A stretch of DNA of 64,000 bases from Rhynchopus sp. YZ270_cl-10 (Eukaryota): positions 310,001 through 374,000 of the forward strand of contig OZ037839.1 in NCBI GenBank assembly GCA_964035575.1. Reading direction: 5' to 3'. Positions 56,701-64,000 of this stretch are shown piece after piece. Both the position numbers and the translations under genes were made by a program. Position 1 is the first letter of the stretch, and every line of letters begins with the position of its first letter. A model generated the notes under the pieces. It was not told where the DNA came from, did not search any database, and saw nothing but the letters and a program-made list of their open reading frames with translations.

Positions 56701-59022
56701 CATGTGTTCCCATGTCGCACGCATTGAGAGAAGTTTGTTGCACAAGAGTTCCTTTTCTGCTGAATCTGTGCAATCAGTGAATCGCTGAATTAGTTCCTTC
56801 TGCACTTCCTCCTGCATGTTGACAACTTGACGCAGTGTGTTGGAGCCTCTTGTGTTCATCACATCTGTTCTGGAAACATCGGCATCAACAGGTTGTGGTT
56901 CTGCTTCTGGTTGCTGACGTGACTCTGCCATGTGTTCCCATGTCGCACGCATTGAGAGAAGTCTGTTGCGCAAGAGTTCCTTTTCTGCTGAATCTGTGCA
57001 ATCAGTGAATCGCTGAATCAGTTCTTTCTGCACTTCCTCCTGCATGTCTGCCACTCCACGCAGTGTGTTGCAGCCTCTTGTGTTTGTTACATCTGTTCTG
57101 GAAACATCGGCATCAACAGGTTGTGGTTCTGCTTCTGGTTGCTGACGTGACTCTGCCATGTGTTCCCATGTCGCACGCATTGAGACAAGTTTGTTGCGCA
57201 AGAGTTCCTTTTGTTCTGAATCTGTGCAATCAGTGAATCGCTGAATCAGTTCCTTCTGCACTGCCTCCTGCATGTCTGCCACATCGCACAGTGTGTTGGA
57301 ACCTGTTCTGTTTGTCACATCTATTCTGGAAACATCAGAATCAACAGGATGCTGCTCTGCTTCTGGATGCTGACGTGACTTCGCCATGTGTTCCCAAGCA
57401 GCACGAATTGGTTCAAGTTTCTCGCGCAAGCGCTTCTTTGCTGCGGAATCCATTTGACTCAGTTCGCTGAGTGCTGCTGTGTTCGTCACATCTGCCTGGA
57501 TGTCGGCAACGTCGGCATCAACGACGACACCTGCCTGATCCACTTCCTGCTCCACGCCTACCATCAGATAACGCACAGTCTCCGTGCCTCCCTCTTCCGC
57601 AGCAGTAATCAGACATGTCACCTTCTGTATTTTATGTTTTTTTCTGTCCCCTGCAGTAGCTTCAAAGTGCTGTGAGAGCTCCTCGATATGTTCTGTGACA
57701 CGCAGTTCCGCACCAGCTTCCACCAACAGATTCACAATGTCGCGGTTCTCTCCCATGCACGCACAGACAAGAGGCGAAGGTCCTCTGTCGTCCCATTTCT
57801 CGATGCGTGCACCTGAATCAATAAGCTCCTGCACCTTAGCTGCATATGATTTGGGGTAACGCGCTGCTGCATCGAAACGGATATTGCCATTGCCCTGTAT
57901 ATGCAGCCGTGCACCCGCTTTTAGCAACATCCTCACGATATGGACCTCACCCGCCCGACAAGCCATCATCAGAGGCGAACAGACCAACTCGCTCTTTGCT
58001 TCCACGTCTGCACCTGCATCAATGAGCACTTGCACCACAGCCTCATCTTTGCTGGACACTGCGTGGTGCAACGCAGTCCAGTGCTTAGCATCAACGAGGT
58101 CCACACCCACCTCTGCCATGCACAGAAGGCTTTTCACAATTTTCGTGGATCGACCAGCAGCAATCATGAGACATGTCCTGCCATCTTCGTCTCTTGCACC
58201 CACATCCGCACCTGCTCGAACCAGTACCTTCACAACATCATTCACGTCTGACTCGCAAACCAACAGCAGAGGTGAGCACCCGAAGGTCTTTTTCTCGATG
58301 TCTGCCCCTGCATCAATGAGCACTTGTACCATATCTACATCGTTTCGTAGCACTGCCTTATGCAGCGCAGTCCAGTCGCCCTCGGTCCTACCTACCTGAT
58401 CCACATCCACGCGCCCCAAGCCCACAAGATAGAGCACAGTCTCCGTGTGTACCTCTTCCACCGCAGCGGTAAGACATGTGCGGCCGTTGTGGTCTGTGAC
58501 ACTCGCACCAGCTTGCACCAGCACCTTCACAATGTCGAGGTACCCTTCCTTGCACGCATGGAAAAGAGGCGTACGTCCTGCACTGGAGTCCTTTTTCTCG
58601 ATGTCTGCCCCTGCATCAATGAGCACCTGCACCACATCTGCATGGTTTTGACCCACTGCCTCGTGCAACGCTGTGTTGCCACTCCGGTCCCCACCTCCCT
58701 GATCCACATCCACCTGCCCCAAGCTCACAAGATAGCGCACAGTCTCCGTGTGTCCCTCACACGAAGCCAGGGTAAGACATGTGCGGCCGTTGTGGTCTGC
58801 CACACGCAGTTCCGCACCAGCTTGCACCAACACCTTCACAGCGTCGAGGTACCCTGACCAGCACGCAAGGAGAAGAGGCGTACGTCCTTCAGAGTCCTTT
58901 TCCTCGATGTCTGCCCCTGCATCAATGAGCACCTGTACCACATCTGCACGTCCTTCCTCCACTGCCTCGTGCAACGAAGTGTTCCTGTGTATGCGTGCGA
59001 GTTTCCCATGTTTGTTGCCCAT
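53743..59022 (-). CDS. Chimeric family gene D: ankyrin array + 13 repeats + Cys/His zinc-finger-like module (1759 aa)
   Basis: Ankyrin consensus; 13 RFTDCTDS units; C-terminal PCSHNSWDNVR..LRCRQC..CKEF..C...C..LH; intact ORF. Confidence 0.85.
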   Translation of the reverse strand: MGNKHGKLARIHRNTSLHEAVEEGRADVVQVLIDAGADIEEKDSEGRTPLLLACWSGYLDAVKVLVQAGAELRVADHNGRTCLTLASCEGHTETVRYLVSLGQVDVDQGGGDRSGNTALHEAVGQNHADVVQVLIDAGADIEKKDSSAGRTPLFHACKEGYLDIVKVLVQAGASVTDHNGRTCLTAAVEEVHTETVLYLVGLGRVDVDQVGRTEGDWTALHKAVLRNDVDMVQVLIDAGADIEKKTFGCSPLLLVCESDVNDVVKVLVRAGADVGARDEDGRTCLMIAAGRSTKIVKSLLCMAEVGVDLVDAKHWTALHHAVSSKDEAVVQVLIDAGADVEAKSELVCSPLMMACRAGEVHIVRMLLKAGARLHIQGNGNIRFDAAARYPKSYAAKVQELIDSGARIEKWDDRGPSPLVCACMGENRDIVNLLVEAGAELRVTEHIEELSQHFEATAGDRKKHKIQKVTCLITAAEEGGTETVRYLMVGVEQEVDQAGVVVDADVADIQADVTNTAALSELSQMDSAAKKRLREKLEPIRAAWEHMAKSRQHPEAEQHPVDSDVSRIDVTNRTGSNTLCDVADMQEAVQKELIQRFTDCTDSEQKELLRNKLVSMRATWEHMAESRQQPEAEPQPVDADVSRTDVTNTRGCNTLRGVADMQEEVQKELIQRFTDCTDSAEKELLRNRLLSMRATWEHMAESRQQPEAEPQPVDADVSRTDVMNTRGSNTLRQVVNMQEEVQKELIQRFTDCTDSAEKELLCNKLLSMRATWEHMAESRQHPEAEPQPVDVDVSRTDVMNTRGCNTLRGVADMQEEVQKELIQRFTDCTDSAEKVLLRNRLLSMRATWERQHPEAEPQPVDVDVSRTDVMNTRGCNTLRGVADMQEEVQNELIQRFTDCTDSAEKELLRNKLLSLRATWEHMAESRQHPEAEPQPVDVDVSRTDVTNRTGSNTLREVVSMQEAVQKELIQRFTDCTDSAEKELLRNKLVSMRATWEHMAESRQQPEAEPQPVDADVSRTDVTNTRGCNTLRGVADMQEEVQKELIQRFTDCTDSAEKVLLRNRLLSMRATWEHMAESRQHPEAEPQPVDVDVSRTDVMNTRGCNTLRGVADMQEEVQNELIQRFTDCTDSAEKELLRNKLLSLRATWEHMAESRQHPEAEPQPVDVDVSRTDVTNRTGSNTLREVVSMQEAVQKELIQRFTDCTDSAEKELLRNTLLSMRATWEHMAESRQQPEAEPQPVDADVSRTDVMNTRGSNTLRQVVNMQEEVQKELIQRFTDCTDSAEKELLRNKLLSMRATWEHMAESRQHPEAEPQPVDVDVSRTDVMNTRGCNTLRGVADMQEEVQKELIQRFTDCTDSAEKVLLRNRLLSMRATWERQHPEAEPQPVDVDVSRTDVMNTRGCNTLRGVADMQEEVQNELIQRFTDCTDSAEKELLRNKLLSLRATWEHMAESRQHPEAEPQPVDVDVSRTDVTNRTGSNTLREVVSMQEAVQKELIQRFTDCTDSAEKELLRNTLLSMRATWEHMAESRQHPEAEPQPVEEHDESLAKVDKKLGEAERQREGEELAKKPKRKAAIFAEERPCSHNSWDNVRSKAGVITLRCRQCQGQFKGHPSLLVLCKEFQDAMTCSKENCTSLHVFKHKETLAERSKRFGRLFGDSVIKPDLPKKKKGARDGSTSPASKGTRSPNALDLTASVTATASGTATAGLTEGSFADKCDKQKHAKAREAVEASSLITEYSDSAGRCVTLRRAHPSMGTMHML
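54410..57400 (-). repeat. Tandem array of the ~228-nt coding repeat (13 units, higher-order structure)
   Basis: Diagnostic variants (KVLL, SLRATW, NRTGS, 15-nt deletion WERQ) recur in order. Confidence 0.95.
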
Positions 59023-59834
59023 GTGTGTCGTTGCTGTGTCTTATGTTGCGTGTCTGTCAGTGGTGGAGTGACGTTACTCTTTGTGAAGAGGTGTGTGGAC
59101 AGGGGAGGGGATAAGTGCAGGAAGAGAATACTGCTAGGGGGGAAACCGTGGTGTGCTGTAAGGGTGGAGGTCACCACACACGAGCGTAGAAACGCCTGCA
59201 AACTGGCGATCAAGTCCGCTGTCAGCTCTCTAATCAGACTGAAATATAATGACAATTATTGATGCGAGAGGCACATTCACTTCGAAGCACAAGAACCCTG
59301 CAGCCAACAGCAAGGAAGGTGTGAAAATGAAACCTAATGGCTTGCCCGTACCTTGGTGTGAATAGGGGTGGTCCATAAAAGGATCCAGCTGGGGTCCTCA
59401 ACAAAACAAGTGGGAAGGAGAGGAAGATAGTAAACATGGGGTGGGGGAATCGTTAGGAATGTACACTGTGTTGCCCGGAGGCGTTTGGGATTTTATACTT
59501 TACTTTACTTTAAAAAAAAACTGTGTGAACACCCGAGGGTGGTCACCTTATAGGATTACTGTTATGCACTGTCGGTGATCTTGCAGTCAACTGTCAACGC
59601 GAAAGTGCTTTGGGTATTTACAAAACAAACTGCACAGAAAATATCCTCACTCGGAAATTCTCCGCAATTCTCCGCTGCATGGAACACAACTTTTTGCGGC
59701 ATATGACGGCACAGCACCACCCAGGATGCTACACATATTTGTCTAGCCCTGTGCGAAGAGTGATCCATTCCCACAATAGCGTGAGGTTGTCCTTGGTGTT
59801 GATGGAAGAGCTGTGGCGAACCCCCTCCCCCGCA

Positions 59835-62800
59835 TCAAAACCCACTCAGCACTGTATCGTCCACTGTGGTGCAACCATCCGACGCCTTTCGGACATTGCT
59901 GGATATGGGCACACCACCTCCACCTCCACCTCCACCACCCCACCCCTCCGCAGCAGCCCCTGCAAGCGTCGTGTGGGTCCCCCTCACCTCTACCGCTGTG
60001 GCTGCACGTGGCCGTCCGATCTTCCCATCACCTCCTCTTCCTCCTCCTCCTGCAGGAAGCTCAGTCGGGATGCCCCCAAAGCGGCTCTGCTTCCCCTCGA
60101 AGATCGCACTGCCCCCACTTCCTCCCACCACCTCCCCTCCCCAGACTTCTACACTGGGCTCCTCCTTCTCCTCCTTCTTCTCCTTCACCTCCACATTAAC
60201 CGCTTTCGCTCTCCACATAAATGCGATGTGAACCAACGCTGCTGTAAGAGAGAATACGAGAACAAAGAAGAGCCCCAGACCACATGCCCCACCGATGTGA
60301 ACGAGGAGCGTCGGAATCGATACAGTATCGTAGTAGTGGAGGTGCGTCACTGTGGCGGCTTCATTACGGAGCGTGAGGGAGGAGCGAAGCGATGATGCAC
60401 CTTGCTCGAGCGCAACGGAGGCGACAGATGGAGAAGGAAACTCCCAGAAGCTGTCCCCACTCTCAGGGGAAACCCGAACCGGGGTGAGCACCACCGCAGC
60501 CTCGACATTGTTGTGCACAACAAAATAGTGCACGACACCACCCCCTGCCACCCCTACCCTCACCCCTTCCCTGCACGCAACATTCGTCGTAAAGGACATT
60601 GACACACGATGAGATACATCCGTTGTAAGCGAGATCTCTGGTGCCTGCAAGGCAATGCGCGTCCCCGCAGAGCTGGCGCACGGTACACGAATGGAAGCAT
60701 CTTCATAAAGACCGGTGTAGAAGCAGGAGAGCAGCGTGATCTGCACCTGCGGACAGAGGGTCTCAAGGAAGACACCTGGAGCAGGCACGCCAGCGGCGGT
60801 GAAGTCCTCTTGGTAATGTGCGAGAAAGGGTTGTGACGGGGTGCCAGCAGCAGAGACATCCTCAAGGATGGCGAACGTTGCGAGGGTAAATACCAATGCA
60901 AGCAGCACGGCTGATGCAAAAACAGCGCAGAGGTGGTGTGAAGGGAGGGAAAATGCAGGTGCATGGTGTACATGAGTCGGAGCAGGTGGTTGTGGATGTG
61001 TTGGTGGTTCATGTGTCATCTCCAACACCCCTTTGATGTGTTTGAGAAACACCGGATCTGAAAGAGACTGCAGAAAAGCCTGCTGCACAGCGTCTGAGTC
61101 CAGGGGTGGTGGTGATGGTGGTGGTGGGTATAGTGGAGGTGGTGGAGGCTGCGTTGCAGAAGGCTCGGGTGAGAGGGAGAACATGCTGCGTTCTGGTGCG
61201 GAGGTGAGCTGTGTGTGTTGTGTAGTGTGTGTTGTTTGAAATTTCACATTATGTTCGGCCATTCACTTCAAAGACGCGGATCTAAATATTTTTTGTGATT
61301 TGGCATGTGAACACTATGAAATCATCAAGTGTGGCAGGATGCGATAGAAAATTGGTACATTAGTCTTCTCCATACCGGTGACACCAGGTCCGCAGCAGCT
61401 GACACCCTGCGTTCTGAGTGCGCTGAGCCACCTACCCCCTCCCACAGACCCATCACGGCACGTGGCGTGTCACCACTACCACTCACGCTCACTCCACCGC
61501 CACTGCCATCTGATGCGTTGCTGAAGGGCGTCGTGGTGGTGGAGGCACGCACACCACGCATGTTCACACCAGACAGCTTCGGCGACGTGAGGGGTGACGA
61601 CACGGGAGGGGTACGCACACCGCCAACACCACTCCCATCCAACACACTACTGGGCGGTGCCGCAGCTGTGGCAGCACCACGCAGGTTCACACCGGACAGC
61701 TTCGGCGATGAGATGGGAGAGTGAGCGGAGGATGACACTGGGGTACGCTTCCCACCATCATCACCACCACCACCACCCAACCCAGGGTCGTTCGGCGTCG
61801 AAGGCACTGTCGGTGCCAACTCTGGTGTCTGCGGCTCCCAGAGTCCCTGCACACGGACCCCAACAGGCGACAGGGTGGCCGGACCTGGACGTGTTGGCTC
61901 CACAGGTCTTTCCGGGGTAGCAGGGGAGTTCTCGTCTGCATCCACCTTATCGTCCACCACCTCTGGGAACAGCACCGTAGGCAGTGTGCCTGCTCTGTCA
62001 GTTGCGGAGTCGGCGTTCCGTTGAGGTGGTGTGGCTCCAAAGGAGAGCTGTTCGCCGTCCTTCTGCACATCGTTCGCGTAGGTCCACATCCCGGGGCTTG
62101 ACTGCGCGAAACGTTCGTACCGTGCAACGTCGTTGTCAATGCTAGGTGTGGCCACACCCGGTGGTGGCGTTGCACTGTGTGTCGGGGAGAGGCTCTGCAC
62201 AGCCTGCGCGAAGGCTCCGTTCGGCAGCAACGCAAGCGGGTTGTTGTGCTCTGTGGTTGCTACTGCAGACACCCCATGCGGCGGTGTCGGGGGAGGCGTC
62301 AACCAGGTCACATGGCTCAGTGTTGGCGACGTCTTCTTCACCGGCACATCACCCCCTTCCTTGACCTCCTTGACCTTCTCCCCCACATCGTCCTTCTCCA
62401 CATCCGTTTGCACCACACTGTCCACTGTCTTCACGACATGCACATTCTTTTTCACATCACCATTTGATAACGGCGGTGGCGGGGGCGGCGGCGGCGGCGG
62501 TGGTGGTGGTGGAGGCCTCACCCTCCCCTTCGCCCCTTCCTGCACAGCATTCTGCGTACCCTGCTTCAACGCCCACTGCGGGAGAGGCGGTGGGGGTGGC
62601 GGCCTCTTCACAACCCGCGGAGGGGGTTCTTGCACCTCCCACACCGGCTCTCTTGTGGAAGCATTCTGCGGCCACACACCATGCATGCTACGTGGTGAGT
62701 CTGAAGCTGACCCCAGGGTGCTCACAGGGCGAGAGGAGGTGCTGATCTGGTCCGGCTGGTGGTGCCTGCGTGGAGAGTGGGGAGGGTGGCGCGCACCCCT

Positions 62801-62974
62801 CTTCGGCTTGCGCTGCTTCTGCGGTGTGAGGGGCAGACCCGGATCACCCCCACGCGCATTGCGCATCAACGTCGCAAGAGTGTCAGCGTACAATGCGTCA
62901 TCTGCATCCACATCAAAGGCAGGGTTTGTCAACATAGCGTTCATCTGATGATGAACACCTTGTGGGACGGACAT
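59835..62974 (-). CDS. Pro-rich protein with two predicted transmembrane helices (~990 aa), exons 61376-62974 and 59835-61208
   Basis: A phase-0 GT..AG intron at 61209-61375 joins two long ORFs; hydrophobic LCAVFASAVLLALVFTLATFAIL and IGGACGLGLFFVLVFSLTAALVHIAFMW. Confidence 0.7.
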
Positions 62975-63884
62975 CTCCGGTGTGTTCCTTCCCCCTCGCT
63001 ATCGCTATCGCATGAGTCTTACGTAGGGGAGAGCGTGGAGTAGTGTTCTGTGAGGGGGTAGAAGGGGGTGGTGTGGGGTGCTAAGGTACGTATTGTTTCG
63101 TATTAATACGAATATGTGGGGGGGGTAAGGTCACGTATTTTAGAACACTGGGGGTGGGGTGAAGTGATGCCTGGTATGGAATTGGTCCCCAACGGCCCCA
63201 ACATAGCACTGCATCGCACCCCTCCCTTTCGACAGCCAGTAATTCTTTGCGCAGAATAATGGCTTAAAGAAAACAACCGTGGCAAGACTCGAACCTACAA
63301 CCGCCTGATGGTCATATACTCAACGGTTTAAAATGGTGCTTGTAAGTAGGGGGGGGGTCAAAGGCAAAGGACAGAATCAGCTGTGTTGTTGATACACAAA
63401 AGGTGCATTGCTAAAGCAGAAGGACAATAAACAAAACCTACATTCGAACTTTTTCTGCAAAAGTGATTTTCATGGGAGTGCATCCCAATCGGACAAAACT
63501 CAGGGCAGTGTAAAAACCCCCCCGTTCATATTTTTGTTTGGTACGCTACGTTAGTTGGTTGCACGATCAGCCAGGGCGTTATGGGGTTAGGTGTGGCATT
63601 TTATTCTTGATGTGCAAATAAATAAAAGAACATTTCTACCCAGAAATGGATCTCAAAAAAAAAGGGAAAAAAACCCTTTGCCTGAAGTACAGAAATGAAG
63701 TGAGTGCACAATAGAAGGGGCAGGGGAATAAATAAAAAGTCTCAGACATTTGCAAGTGAATGACAAGTGGTTCGTTTGGTATTCCACTGGTCACCTGCCA
63801 GCTAGGCCGTCGTGTGTCAAAGCAAAGTCGTTCCGTGGTATATTATTGTGTACATTCAGGAGAACAGCGAGTGTGTGATCAGAT

Positions 63885-64000
63885 TTAAGTTAGATGTGAA
63901 ATGTCAATGATCTCGACACTCTCACCTCCGTACATCACCACATCACCACAGCTGCTGATTGCAAGACCGTAAGTGCGATTACGAAAGTCACGATGCAAGA
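63885..64000 (-). CDS. 3' end of a second UBL-WD40 gene copy (partial)
   Basis: 63725-64000 is nearly identical to 10940-11214, including the stop codon and 3' UTR. Confidence 0.8.
   Translation of the reverse strand, partial: LHRDFRNRTYGLAISSCGDVVMYGGESVEIIDISHLT

Noticed and set aside
26630..57400. 228-nt tandem repeats as a CRISPR-like array
   Set aside because: Units are contiguous and in-frame coding, with no unique spacers and no cas genes
52000..59022. Diversity-generating retroelement as the source of ankyrin variation
   Set aside because: No reverse transcriptase or template repeat in the window, and the changes are not obviously adenine-specific
63275..63330. tRNA-like GGTTCGAGTC T-loop on the minus strand
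   Set aside because: About 52 nt with no D or anticodon arm; at most a tRNA or SINE remnant

Overview
Eukaryotic genomic window. All supported protein genes lie on the minus strand and carry sparse GT-AG introns, which suggests a euglenozoan, probably a diplonemid (inference). Left part (1-25.6 kb): a >1970-aa coiled-coil gene running off the left edge (absent from the ORF track), FOR20/CEP20, an FHA protein, a ubiquitin-like+WD40 protein, a two-exon NadD/NMNAT and a two-exon USP5/Ubp14. These are interleaved with nested MITE-like repeats, GNA mini-hairpin repeats and a G-rich minisatellite. Centre and right (26-59 kb): a tandem array of chimeric genes that share a ~228-nt (76-aa) coding repeat (about 31 full copies) and common flanks. 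Three genes start with ankyrin arrays whose variation is concentrated at binding-surface positions, followed by 5-13 repeats and a different C-terminal cargo each (His/Ser tail; cyclase-like+MAP3K; Cys/His zinc finger). A fourth, predicted five-exon mosaic joins a cyclin box, His-rich blocks, a zinc knuckle and a MAP2K-like pseudokinase, and a NEK-like pseudogene and a truncated USP5 copy sit in the same array. This modular ankyrin-sensor/repeat-stalk/swappable-cargo family is the best candidate for an undescribed system. The right end has a Pro-rich two-TM gene and the 3' end of a second UBL-WD40 copy. All gene models and family calls come from reading the sequence only; no database search was run.
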